From assembly GCA_002269645.1 (NCBI GenBank), contig NIVC01000241.1:33187-97186 (forward strand): DNA of 64,000 bases. Direction: 5' to 3'. The notes under the pieces were generated by a model. The model ran no database searches. It saw only the letters and a list, made by a program, of their open reading frames with translations, and was not told where the DNA came from. Origin of the DNA: Macrostomum lignano. Its lineage: Eukaryota. Below are positions 41,211 through 53,783 of this stretch, in pieces. A program made the translations under genes and the position numbers. Numbering within the stretch: the stretch's first letter is position 1; each line of letters begins with the position of its first letter.

Positions 41211-41902
41211 ATAAAGTTAGACTGGAGTCACTGAGTCTGCTTGCTGGCTTAATGACTGGCATGTCACTCTCAGCAGCTAGCTTGAGAAGCAGGGCATAGT
41301 GGTGTTTAGGTGTCTAGGGGAGAGCAGCTCAAACATTGTTCAGCCAGTCATGGAATTCCCTGGACTAGAAGAGGTTCATAACAGTTATTATTTTTATTCT
41401 TTAGAGTTTCCCTTTAAATATCTTTATTATTAAATCTGTATGTATAAGTTTGAATATACTTCTTTGTTGTAGTAGTACAAAGTATCATGAAATGTTTTAT
41501 TCCTAGTTATCTGCTGCTATAGTTATCTTATATAGGACCTGTGGTTCATAGAAATGTTCTGTTTAAGGCAATTTTATAGATTACTAAATCTAGATAGTTC
41601 TGATTTCTACACCGATTTCAACTTTACCTTCTACACCTTGGGTAAGGCTGTGATAGCTAGATGCTAATCGTGAGTGACAATTACAAGTTATTGTAATGTT
41701 TATAGTAGTAACATATGTTTAGATGGGATTGAGAAGCAAGCTATAAAAAGTGTTAATGAATAATGAAAACTTTGGGTTTTTAGTATCAATTTGAGTTTTC
41801 CTTGACTTGCCTATTAAATCCCGTCTGCTTAAGCCGCGTGACCATATTTTAAGTTTTAATGAGTTAATAAATCCACTTCAACTTGCAGTCTGTTAGCCAG
41901 CC

Positions 41903-44900
41903 ATGTCAGCTCGCCAAAGGCGCAAACAGCAGCAGCCGAAGCTGCAACAGCACCACGAAGTAAAGCCGGACAAGACGGAGCAAGCTTCCAGCGGTAGTGG
42001 CTTTCTCAGCTGGCGAAGCAGCTTTGCACTGACATGCCTGGTTGCCATTGCGGCAGGTTATTTCACCTACAGAATGAACTCTCGCATGTGGGAGAATCAC
42101 ATACATTTTTCCCATTTGGCAACCATCGAGCGTGAGATGTTTCTAACTAGCGAGCTGGGATTCTACTATAGCTTTTTCAAACAGGTTGTCGAAGCGCCCA
42201 CCCTGTTTGATGGCGTCCGTCTGTTGCTAAGCGACACGTTGTCCGAGCATCCCGACACTATTAATGCCCTGCGCAGGTTCAATCTCTATCCGGAGCTCTG
42301 CATCGGCGCAATGTACCGAGTTTATGCTGGACTAGCCCAGCAGTTCGGCTGGCACACCAGGGACTGCTATCAGGTGAGCGAGCTTGTACTGTATTTCTAT
42401 TTACCGTTGCTAAATTAGGTGACCCTGTATTAGGGTATCTATTTATGTTTATAGTTACTTCGGCTGTTTACTTTAACATCCGTGAAGTAAGACTAGTTAG
42501 TATATTCCTTCTGCTTATAACATCTGTTGAGCAAATCCGGATCACTGCTGATTTAAATGCAAGCTACTACTGAGAGCTCTTATGAGTAGTCTTGATTTGG
42601 CTCTTAAGCAATCGCTATCCTTATAGATTTTCTGTTTAAGTGGCCGATTGCCTACCAGAAAGGATGCATGAATATATATTAATGATAATAATAATAATAC
42701 TTGATTACACCTGCCCCAAATAGCAGATGCGCAACCGACAGCTCAGCCGCAGCTATTTGCGCGGCGCATCTGAAGGCTGCGTACGGCTGTTCAGTCCAAG
42801 GACTGATGGGGGGGGGGTCGCCACACACACCATCAATTACCCCAGCTAATGCTGGCACCCATTTTACAGCTGGGTGAACTGAAGCAATGCAGAGTTAAGT
42901 GTCTTGCTCAAAGACACAAATTGTTCCGAGTGGGTCCAGAATCAAACCCCCGACCTTCAAGTCGTGAGTCCGACGCTCTAACCACTAAGCTACAACCCAT
43001 CCTCAAAGTATATACTACTTACAGAGTAGCTTAGAATCCTCTTCACGATAGGCTTGTAATACAATAAGATTGCATTTAGCTACTTAATTTAGTAGTATGA
43101 TAAAGCGTGGCTTCTTTGAAGAAATTGGTAAGTACGTTTCGTACAGTCACGTATGTCACAGAAGACCATGTTATAAAGTGGGAATTTCGTAAGATTGAAA
43201 CTTCACAAGATCGAAATTTTTCGACGAATTCAAAATCGAAATTATTGAACTCTGTCAGGTAAATCGGGGCTCGGATATGCCGCCCGTGCAAAGCTGCGAA
43301 GGCATTGGCGAGCCGATGTACTTCTACGTTGAAGTTGTCTACCTGCTGAGCGGACTCACCGCCGCTGGCCTGGCCCTGCTGGCCAGCTATGCCCGGCCTG
43401 AGGATCGGCCCTGCCCCCTGTCTGGCGTCATAGCTACAGTCGGTTACCTAGGCAACCACCGAGAGTGCACCCGGGTGCAATGGACGCCAACCCTGCGCGA
43501 GAGTTTCAGCTTCCCTCTGCTGGTGCTGCACCAGATTTGTCTGTTGAATTTTCTTCGCCGCGGCGGCACAGAGGAACGGCCGAAATCTGTTGCTGTCCTG
43601 CTTCTGGCCGGCTCTGCTCTTCTGTTTCTGTTGCCTTGGCAGTTTGCCCAATTTGCTCTGCTAGTGGAGGCCGGCGCCCTGCTGTGCGCCCACGCGCTGG
43701 GCTACCTTGGTCACAGGCTGACCCGCCTAGCCATGCTGGCGCTGCTGCTGGCTCTGGCTCTGGCATTCGCTCTGCAATTCGGCAACGTTATGCTGGTGAG
43801 CAGCCTGCTGTGCTCCGCCCTGCTCACCGCCCTGCCCCTGTTGCAGCTGCACCAGCTGATTAGCCGGCTGGCACCCATGTGCATCGCTGCGCCCGCCCTG
43901 CCTGTGCTCTGGCTCTGCTGCACCCTGCTGGCCAAGGCCGGCCTGGCCTGGCTGCTTGGCGCCGAACAGGTGAGGCTGTCCTTGGGGTCACTGATTCACA
44001 CAGACTGGGGTTGTTAGATAACTGATTCACATAGACTAAGATTGTTAGATGACTGATTCACACAGAATAGGGTTGTTAGATGACTGATTCGCACAGAATA
44101 GGGTTGTTAGATGACTGATTCACAGACTGGGGTTGTTAGATGACTGATTCACACAGACTGGGGTTGTTAGATGACTGATTCACACAGACTGGGGCTGTTA
44201 GATGACTGATTCACACAGAATAGGGTTGTTAGATGACTGATTCACACAGAATAGGGTTGTTAGATGACTGATTCACAGACTGGGGTTGTTAGATGACTGA
44301 TTCACACAGACTGGGGTTGTTAGATGACTGATTCACACAGACTGGGGCTGTTAGATGACTGATTCACATAGACTAAGATTGTTAGATGACTGATTCACAC
44401 AGACTAGGGTTGTTAGATGACTGATTCACATAGACTAAGATTGTTAGATGACTGATTCATGCAGAGTAGGGTTGTTAGATGACTGATTCACACAGACTAG
44501 GGTTGTTAGATAACTGATTCACACAGACTAGGGTTGTTAGATAACTGATTCACGCAGACTAGGGTTGTTAGATGACTGATTAGAAATATAAGATGTGTCG
44601 AACAGAGATGAGCAATCTAACTAATTTACCGCTTCAGGACAGCCACATGTGGGACATCTTACTAAGCAAGTTAAGCGCAGGCCGAACCTTTCACTCGATG
44701 ATGTACACCTGCGCCAAAGAGTTTGACTTCTACGATCCCCAGTCGTTAATTGAGCTGAGCAAGACTCTGGCGCTGCCTGCCGGATTAGCCAGCTTAGCCT
44801 ACGTCTGCTACCGGGTTGCCGCGCTTGTGATCGCCCGCAGCCGCCAGTACCGAGCCCGCCTGGTGCTCGGCCGCCCGGAGCCGCCAGTCTGCGTGCCGGC

Positions 44901-46123
44901 AGAATCGCCCGGCGTTGACGCCGCCTCGGTGACCCTCGCCTGCCAGCTGGTTGGCTTCGGCCTGCTGGCCGGCCTCATAATGCGACTCAAGCTGTTCTTC
45001 ACTCCGCTGCTGGTGCTGCACGCTGCCGCTCTGCCAATGCCTGCGGCTAACCGGCTGCGCCTGCCAGCGCTGCTGCTGCTGCTGTGCGCCTCCGGCTGGC
45101 AGGGCAGCGCCAACTATGCTGCCGAGATGAGCATCAGCGGCGAGTATTCCGACTGGCACACCGAGCAGCTGGTCTATTGGATCCGGGACAGTACTAAGCC
45201 TGGCGAATCATTTGCCGGCACCATGCCTGTGACGGCCACTGTTCGATTGGTTGCTGATCGGCCTATTGTTAATCATCCGCATTATGAGGACGCCGGGATG
45301 CGGGCAAGGACTAAACAGGTGGGTTAGATATTCCCCTCAAATTTGCCGCTTCCTCTCATCTGTGCTGATGATGGCTGCCGCTTCCCCTCTCACCTGTGCT
45401 GATGATGGCTGCCGCTTCCCCGCTTCCCCTCTCACCTGTGCTGATGATGGCTGCCGCTTCCCCGCTTCCCCTCTCACCTGTGCTGATGATGGCTGCCGCT
45501 TCCCCTCTCACCTGTGCTGATGATGGCTGCCGCTTCCCCGCTTCCCCTCTCACCTGTGCTGATGATGGCTGCCGCTTCCCCTCTCATCTGTGCTGATGAT
45601 GGCTGCCGCTTCCCCGCTTTCCCTCTCATCTGTGCTGATGATGGCTGCCGCTTCCCCGCTTTCCCTCTCATCTGTGCTGATGATGGCTGCCGCTTCCCCG
45701 CTTCCCCTCTCACCTGTGCTGATGATGGCTGCCGCTTCTCCGCTTCCCCTCTCACCTGTGCTGATGATGGCTGCCGCTTCTCCGCTTCCCCTCTCACCTG
45801 TGCTGATGATGGCTGCCGCTTCCCCTCTCACATCTGTCGATTTTGACTGGACTTTGCAGGTATACAGCATGTATAGCCACCTGTCTCTGGCTGACTGGTC
45901 TCGCACAGCAAAGTCTCTAAGCGTCAACTACACCCTGCTAGTGAAAGGCTACTGCCGCCGCGGGCCCTGCTCAATGCCGGATATATTTGAGCGGACAGAG
46001 GCTCAAAATCCAGACTCGCCTGTCCTGTGCGAACTCATGGCCAGCCGGCCGGACCAGCTGCGGCCTCATCTGATGAGGGTGTTTGACAATCCTAAGTACA
46101 GTGTGTTCCGGGTGGTGTACTGA
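41903..46123 (+). CDS. DPY19L: DPY19-like protein C-mannosyltransferase (~708 aa): exons 41903-42373, 43259-43969, 44638-45318, 45860-46123
   Basis: Motifs FSHLATIEREM, ELGFYYSFFK, DTINALRRFNLYPE, VNRG...SCEGIGEP, RVQWTPTLRESFSFP, LPWQFAQF, FHSMMYTCAKEFDF, LIMRLKLFFTP, RPIVNHPHYEDAGMRART, CSMPDIF. All three introns are phase 0 GT-AG; many hydrophobic helices. Confidence 0.95.
42685..43002 (-). mobile_element. tRNA-derived SINE, copy 1 (DPY19L intron 1)
   Basis: Reverse complement shows a Pol III A/B-box-like head, a TGTGTCTTTGAGCAAGACACTT...CTGTAAAATGGGT core (CORE/Deu-type resemblance) and an (ATT)n tail. Near-identical to 63523-63803. Confidence 0.85.
43990..44582. repeat. 31-bp minisatellite (GACTGATTCACACAGACTGGGGTTGTTAGAT), ~19 copies, DPY19L intron 2
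   Basis: Direct reading. Confidence 0.95.
45345..45835. repeat. 34/41-bp minisatellite (CCCCTCTCACCTGTGCTGATGATGGCTGCCGCTT, +/- CCCCGCT), DPY19L intron 3
   Basis: Direct reading. Confidence 0.95.
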
Positions 46124-46521
46124 CAGTGCTGACTGGTTTGGGTGGTCGCATGCGGTTGCGGTTTTCTATTTTGGTGGCATTATAAATGTGTAGGGACTGT
46201 ATTTGACTGTGTCGTTCAGCAGCTTTGATATTGATTCTTTAGCTTGCCTAAGGACTCTGTTTTGCACGTTTTATTGTGTTCACTCCGATCATTTTAGTGT
46301 TTATAAAAATCGTTTATTGTATTATAAAAAACTATAGGATTGTTAATGTTATGCTGTTTATTTTTTTTAACTGTGAGGTAGCGGAAGACCACATTGTTTA
46401 GGTGTATTCTGTTTCTACTGAGTACCACAGGCTAACAATGCTTCTTCATTTAATCTAACTGACCGCTAAACCAATGCTAAATCAAGCAAAAATTCCTACT
46501 GTCTTACCCATCGCCCACTCG

Positions 46522-47140
46522 ATACTTCACCATCACAACTAGAGACTTCACCATCACAACTAGAGACTTCACCATCACAATCCTAGACTTCACCATCACA
46601 ACTAGAGACTTCACCATCACAACTAGAGACTTCACCATCACAATCCTAGACTTCACCATCACAATCCTAGACTTCACCATCACAATCCTAGACTTCACCA
46701 TCACAACTAGAGACTTCACCATCACAATCCTAGACTTCACCATCACAATCCTAGACTTCACCATCACAATCCTAGACTTCACCATCACAATCCTAGACTT
46801 CACCATCACAATCCTAGACTTCACCATCACAATCCTAGACTTCACCATCACAATCCTAGACTTCACCATCACAATCCTAGACTTCACCATCACAATCCTA
46901 GACTTCACCATCACAATCCTAGACTTCAATATCACAATCCTAGACTTCACCATCACAATCCGAGACTTCACCATCACAACTAGAGACTTCACCATCACAA
47001 CTAGAGACTTCACCATCACAGCTCGAGACTTCACCATCACAACTAGAGACTTCACCATCACAATCCGAGACTTCACCATCACAATCCGAGACTTCACCAT
47101 CCCAACTAGAGACTTCACCATCACAACCCGAGACTTCAAC
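46522..47140. repeat. 21-bp minisatellite (AGACTTCACCATCACAATCCT), ~29 copies
   Basis: 7-aa periodic pseudo-ORF MVKSRIV. Confidence 0.97.
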
Positions 47141-47704
47141 CAGAAGCTTCAGACAACTTCACCAACTAGAAACATTGGCTCATATTACCAATACATAGAT
47201 TCTGTTTCTCTGTCTAATCTAATTTTCTATATTTCTTTTTCGTGTTTTAATACTTTGTTTTAGCATTTATTTACAGGTCTGGTGTTAGTCTTAGTCCATC
47301 TATAGTTAAATATTATATGCTGATATACAATCCAGCAGGTGTACTATTGACACAGTGCTGTCTCGAATCTTTGCTATTATTCTGTTCCAGTTTGCCAATA
47401 ACTCAGCTTTTATTTATATCAAACACTGGTCACTGATTGCATGGTCACTGTCACGGCTGTTGCTGTGTACAAATCGAATGTCAAATCTCTTCTTGCTATT
47501 TGACAAATTTCTAAAATATGCTATTGAACCAAACGAAATATTCAATAGCCTATTTGGAGTTTCCGTATTAAATAAAATTATTATCACAACTATGCTAGTT
47601 TCTTTTTCAGTCGTTTTAGCTGGATTTCTATACTTCATTATATAATTTAAGCATTCCAGAATAGAATTAGTGAGTACTGCATCAAAGTTATAATAATATT
47701 TGGA

Positions 47705-48030
47705 GGGGTCCGTAGCCCAGTGATCTGACGCGGCGCTCTGATGTGCCAGCGGCCCAGGCTCGATTCCAAGTGCAGTCACATTAATTAATTGGGTCTAAAT
47801 TTGAATCTCGGCTTGGCTCTGCTCGTGCAATTAACGGCCTTGAGGGCCAACCCCCAAGGCACAGTGAAGTGTACATGCAAGTGTACAAGTATATACTCAT
47901 GTCTGTGTGTGTGCCTGTGCGTATGATCGCGTACGTATCCGCGCGCTTGTCTGCCTGCTCAGGGGAGTCGGCGGAATGGGCAGTAATGCCTCTCGCCGGT
48001 TGTGTGACAATGTCAATAAGACACATTTGA
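47705..48030 (+). mobile_element. Second tRNA-like head, probably a different SINE family or a tRNA pseudogene
   Basis: A-box-like TAGCCCAGTGA and B-box-like GGCTCGATTCC ~45 nt apart; the cloverleaf is imperfect (6-nt anticodon loop). The 3' end of the element is a guess. Confidence 0.5.
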
Positions 48031-48369
48031 GAATTTAGGGCTTAAATGCTAAAATATTCCTGTTTGCAATTGAAATCGTTCTATCTGCAATACTTTCGTC
48101 CACTAATGCTTTCTTAATGGGAGCTGAATTAATGTAGTTCATACCATATACAACTGTTTACTCACTAAACCTTTTTTCATCCATTCCTTTATTCCGAAAA
48201 GAAAACTGCCAAAACTGCAGTTGTCTGTTATATAAATTTAGCTCAAATTATTATGAACTCCTTCGTGGACGAATTCAATTGCAAAATAGTTTGTATGATG
48301 CCTCCCCATGCGATACGTTTCTGATTTATAGACCATAAAAACTTTCTCTTATGTGCGAAGCGAATGGTT

Positions 48370-48441
48370 TGGCCATAGACTAAAATGATAATCAAACTGG
48401 GGAATAGACATGCATTCTATAAGACTGACTGTCTATGGCCA
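48370..48441. mobile_element. 72-bp mini inverted-repeat element with TGGCCATAGAC termini
   Basis: 11-bp perfect inverted repeat at 48370-48380 and 48431-48441. Confidence 0.5.
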
Positions 48442-48803
48442 GACACTATCCCGACACCAAAGGACACAGATTCTATTATCCTAGATGGTGGGCCACTACA
48501 GCCGTCTGGCCGATTAGGACCATAGACTGTAGCTTCTGTTGCTCTCAAGCATAAGCAATAGCAGCTGGTGTCTGTGGCCCTAACCCTGGGGTTTTCGGGG
48601 CCTCAGGGACGGCCGCTAAACACATTAGCGAATGCTGGAGTGACACGTCTAGGTAATATAGACTGTGTGCCAAAGACTATCTCGGTAGCCTTTTAGTAAT
48701 GAGTGTACAAAAAGTTTTTATTTAGAATAGAAAGTGTACATATTGTGTTTTATTTAAATGGAAGATCCTATTGTCTCGCCATTGCATTGGATCTAACTCA
48801 TTC

Positions 48804-51800
48804 ATGGCTCTGCGCATGGATGCGCGGAAACAGGAGCTTCTAGAAGCCCGTTTCCAAGGCCCCAGCTATGGCGGCGCCAGCGCGGCGTCGACCACCGCGG
48901 CTGGCGATCGCGCCGGCGGCTTGTCGCAGTCGTCCTCTGGCCAGTCCGGCCAGCTTGACGCAGCCTCCAATCCAAGCACCGCGGACTTCTCCGCCTCATT
49001 CAATAGGGAATCTGTCGGCGGCAACATCAGCGGAACCGCTGTTGGCAACAGCACCGTCATCACCATGGTGACCATCAGCGACACGACCGGCACGGAAGAG
49101 CCCCCTCAGCCAGGCCAGGCTTCCGCAGCTCTGGCCGCTGCCGCTGCCGCTGTGGCAGCCGCCGGCCCCGTCGCTTCGTCTTCAGCCTCGCCAAGCGCCT
49201 GTCGTTCGTCGGCCTCGACGGCCCCTGCCGCTGCTGGCTCCAAGGCGGCCAGGAAGCGCCGGGCCGGGCCCGCAGGCTCCGCTGTTGATGATGCAGCGGC
49301 GCCATCGTCGCAGCAGCAGCAGGCCCAGCCGAAAACTCCCGGCAGTTCCGGCGGGCGCTGTCGCCGAATCGACGAGTTTTACACAAAATTCAACCCAGCG
49401 CAGCCGCCTCCGTCTCAGCCCGCCGCTCAGCCGACGCAGCCCGCCGTACCGCCCTCTAGCCTGCCGCTGCTGCCGGCACCAGCTGCTCTGAGCAATCCTC
49501 CGTGCGTTATTTTGTCTGACGACAGCTGCAGCAGTCGGAGCAGCGACGGCGCCGCTGTCAGCTCGGCAACGACTCGCCGGCCTGGCCGTCCGCGCAAGCG
49601 ACAGCAACAGCAGCAACAGCCGTTGCAGCTGCTGGAGGCTGCCAAATCGCGGCTGTCGCCTGTGAAAGAGTGCCAAGCCAGTCCAGACGCCAGGACCGAG
49701 CTGGCCGATGTGATTAAAGCGCGCGACGATCTCGCCCGCATGGTGGCCAGCCAACGCAACGCAATCCAATCGCTGAAGGACAGCCAGGAACGAGGCCGGG
49801 AGATGCTGCGCTCCCTGCTAATAGAGAAGTCGCGCGCCGAGAAGCGCGAGTCGCGCAATCGCTGCCAGGCTAACAGACTGCGCCTCGGCCAGTTCCACAG
49901 CATGCGCCGCGGCACCGAGCTAGAAGAGAAATGGTTCGACGGTTTCGCTTTCCTAGAGCTGCACAGGCGGCGCCACTTTATCGAGCAGGAGAAGGAACGA
50001 ATCGAGAAGGAACGGAAGCAGTGGAACAAGCGGAAGCCCGCACTAGCTGGCGGAGCCACTAAGACTGTCGGCTCTCGCAAGCTGCTAGCCGCTTCGCCAG
50101 GAACCGGCACCACCGGTGCCTCCGATCTGGACGCTGATGAGTTCTTCACCCAGCTGGAGGTGTACGACATTCAACGCCAGGTGTTCATTAAAGATGAAAA
50201 AGAAATCCGTGACGAGATGGAGAAGCTGGATAGGGAGAGAAACGTTCACATTCGAGAGATGAAGCGCATACAGAATGAGGACTCCAGCCGGTTTCAGGGC
50301 AACACAGAGCTGCACGATCGCTACATGCTGCTTTCTCTGCTGGGCAGGGGCGGCTTTTCCGAGGTAGGCAATTGTATAAATAGCAAAGATTTCGATTTCA
50401 CTCCGAGTGCATCTGCAATTCCCCTTCCTCCATGTGTAATTCATTTTCTACCACACTTAAAATTTTTGATTCCACAGCATTTGCAACTCTCCTTTCCTCC
50501 ACAAAACCCGAAATTCCCCTTCCACAAGATCTGCAATTTCCCTTCTACTAGATCTGCAATTCCCCTTCCACAAGATCTGCAATTCCCCTTCTACTTGATC
50601 TGCAATTCCCCTTCCACAAGATCTGAAATTTCCCTTCTAAAAGATCTGCAATGGCCATTCTACAAGATATGCAATTCCCCTTCTACAAGGCCTGCGATTC
50701 TCCCTCTACAATATTTGCAATTCCCCTTCTACACGATCTGCAATTCCCCTTCCACAAGATCTGCAATTCTCCCTCTACAAGATCTGCAGTTCCCCTTCTA
50801 CAAGATCTGCAATTCCCCTTCTACAAGATCTGCAATTCCCCTTCTACTTGATCTGCAATTCCCCTTCCACAAGATCTGAAATTTCCCTTCTAAAAGATCT
50901 GCAATGGCCATTCTACAAGATATGCAATTCCCCTTCTACAAGGCCTGCGATTCTCCCTCTACAATATTTGCAATTCCCCTTCTACAAGATCTGCAATTCT
51001 CCCTCTACAAGATCTGCAGTTCCCCTTCTACAAGATCTGCAATTCCCCTTCTACAAGATCTGCAATTCCCTTCTACAAGATCTGCAATTCCCTTCTACAA
51101 GATCTGCAATTCCCTTCTACAAGATCTGCAATTCCCTTCTACAAGATCTGCAATTCCCTCTCTACAAGATCTGCACTTCCCTCTCTACAAGATCTGCAAT
51201 TCCCCTTCTACAAGATCTGCAATTCCCTCTCTACAAGATCTGCAATTCCCTCTCTACAAGATCTGCAATTCCCCTTCTACAAGATCTGCAATTCCCCTCG
51301 CCGCCCGGCCAGGTTCACAAGGCCTACGACTTGGCGGAGCACCGGTTCGTTGCCTGCAAAATCCACCAGCTAAACCCGGCCTGGCCCAAGGAGAAGAAAG
51401 ATAATTACATTCGCCACGCGGTGCGCGAGATTGAGATACACAAAACCCTGCATCATCCGCGTATTGTTGAAGTGTACGACGTGTTTGATATCGACTGCGA
51501 CTGCTTCTGCACTGTGCTGGAGTACTCCAAAGGCTGCGATCTGGACTTCTATTTGAAGCAGAACAAGAGTTTGCCAGAACGCGAGGCTAGGAACATCATC
51601 TGCCAGGTGGTGAGCGCCCTGAAGTATCTCAATCAACGCAAGCCGCCAGTCATTCACTACGATTTGAAGCCTGGCAATATTCTGCTGGGCGAAGGCGACT
51701 CCATTGCCGCTATTAAACTGACAGATTTTGGTCTGAGTAAAGTGATGACGGAGGACAAGTTTCAGGTGAGGCCTTTGTACGAATCTTGAGGGTATAATTA

Positions 51801-52342
51801 GTGGCATGAGCAAATGAGAGTACGCTCCCCAGTCTTATAATTAAAATTTATAAGCTACTTCACTCAGTAGTATGAAGCAAGTTTATAACTTAATTTAACT
51901 CCAGGCTGACACGGGCATGGACCTGACCAGCCCCGGCTCCGGCACCTATTGGTACCTGCCGCCCGAGTGCTTCGAGACCGGCTCAGAGAATGTGCCAAAA
52001 ATATCCAGCAAAGTGGACGTGTGGAGCGTAGGCGTGATCTTCTACCAGTGCCTGTACGGCCAGAAGCCGTTCGGCAACAATCTGAGCCAGGCCGACGTGT
52101 TGCGCAATCACACCATACTGCTGCACGCTCGCCGAGTGGAATTCCCTCCGTCTACGCCTAGCAGCTGCCGGGTGTCCGAGCAGGCTAAAAACTTTATCCG
52201 ACGCTGCGTCACCCACGACAAACGTTTGCGGCCGGACGTGCTGCAGCTGGCCGAGGACGAATATCTCAAGTCCAAGGCCCAGCTCAAGTTCGACACTAGC
52301 ACCGCCGCTCTGTCACCCGCCGCGCCGCAGCCGTTGCAGTAA
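48804..52342 (+). CDS. TLK: Tousled-like serine/threonine kinase (~816 aa): exons 48804-50363, 51313-51765, 51905-52342
   Basis: N-terminal [10 protein letters not shown]; coiled coils ([30 protein letters not shown]); kinase motifs [63 protein letters not shown]. Phase-0 GT-AG introns. Confidence 0.96.
50490..51298. repeat. 22-24-bp minisatellite (ACAAGATCTGCAATTCCCCTTCT) with a 253-bp higher-order duplication, TLK intron 1
   Basis: Variant block CTACTTGATC recurs at 50591 and 50844. Confidence 0.93.
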
Positions 52343-52496
52343 CTGCAGTAGTCTGTCTGCATGATTGATGCAGGTGCAAAAGTTATTGCACTTGATATTG
52401 AACTGGCATTTTATTAGGGTGGAGTGGGTCAGGCTCCGGGCACCTTGCAAATGTTGAAATTGTTCTGCCGCCTCTAATGGCAGCTCACACATTCAA

Positions 52497-52746
52497 GTCA
52501 CGTGACTGCTCTAAACCAATCGATGATGCCGACATGCATTTTGTGCTGCGAGTCGCTATTGGATGAAACAGTTGTCACGTGACCACTCTAAACCAATCAA
52601 TGATGCCGACATGCATATCTGCTGCGAGTCGCTATTGGATGAAACAGTTGTCACGTGACCACTCTAAACCAATCAATGATGCCGACATGCATATCTGCTG
52701 CGAGTCGCTATTGGATGAAACAGTTGTCACGTGACTGCTCTAAACC
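52497..52746. repeat. 76-77-bp tandem repeat x3.3 containing TCACGTGA, CCAAT and ATTGG
   Basis: GTCACGTG at 52497, 52574, 52650 and 52726. Confidence 0.92.
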
Positions 52747-53783
52747 ACACGTTTCCTGTAGGGAGACGAGCAGATAATTTTTTAACTTGCTGCTCCATAA
52801 GCGTGCATAAGCAGAGGATATTAGAAATTTATTGCACCTTTGAGGCCTTCTACTGTGTAAAATAACAGACAGTACCAAAAATGCCATACTAGTGAGTATA
52901 AATTTAGACATATTGCTTATTGCATGACAACCAGTAAAGTTACTGATCTGTTTGGGAAGTTTTCCACTTGTGTAAAGGCGCTCTTGTACTCATGCCCCCA
53001 ACACCCCCAACTTGAGTTTCTGTCTCAATTGTACAGCTGAGCGCCTGCTTAGTCCCGGGCTATTATAGCTAATTAGATATGATCTATTTTTGCAATATAA
53101 AAAAAAACATTTGATGCATTTTTGTGTTTTTTTCCGTTTTGTGTGCTTCAAGCTGGTTCGACTTCTTTCCTTTATTATTTGTTATTATTATAATTATTAT
53201 TGACGAATTTTATTAGTAGCTCAATTAAGCCAATGTCGGCAAAGCTCTGATTTAGTATTCACAAGCGTACTATGTTAATATAGCAGTTATTGATTCCGCA
53301 TCACTGCCCAGATTCCAGTGTCCTCTTTTGCCGTGTGTATGAAATTATTGTCTGCATTTTTATAGGGCTCGACAATCTAATCTTTGATTTGTGCGTAAAA
53401 GTAAGTCTTCATTTTTATGTATTGCTACTCTAAGTAGGCAAAAATAATCTAACTCTATTTTTATAATAGCTATATTAACTTCTGTCGGTTTTTTCAACTG
53501 TGAAAATGACAAATTTAGTCTGCAGTCACTGCGCATAGATTGTTTGTAGATTAATCAATTCTAGATCAGTTTGTTAGTATGCACTGTAATGGTTTATTGG
53601 CGTCCTGCTTATATTGATAATTTGCAATAAATATGTCTTTGAAATAATTAATCACTTCTGTTGCATCTGTGAATGCACGAGGGGTGTCCAAAGGGCATGC
53701 ACACTCTGCAGCATTGAAAGCTATCCGCATCTGCGCAAGAGGCTACACCAGTTGAAAAACTATTGGGGATTTTTTCAAATTTG

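Noticed and set aside
47705-47780. Functional tRNA gene
   Set aside because: A/B boxes are present but the acceptor and anticodon arms do not fold canonically; treated as a SINE head or pseudogene.
50364-50879. 702-aa TLK ORF reading through intron 1 as a kinase-less isoform
   Set aside because: The repeat unit has no stop in any + frame, so read-through is expected by chance. The GT donor at 50364 and AG acceptor at 51312 join GGFSE to VHKAYD perfectly.
41880-52342. DPY19L-TLK as a trans-spliced operon
   Set aside because: The 2.7-kb spacer holds repeats and promoter-like sequence; an AG before the DPY19L ATG is insufficient evidence.
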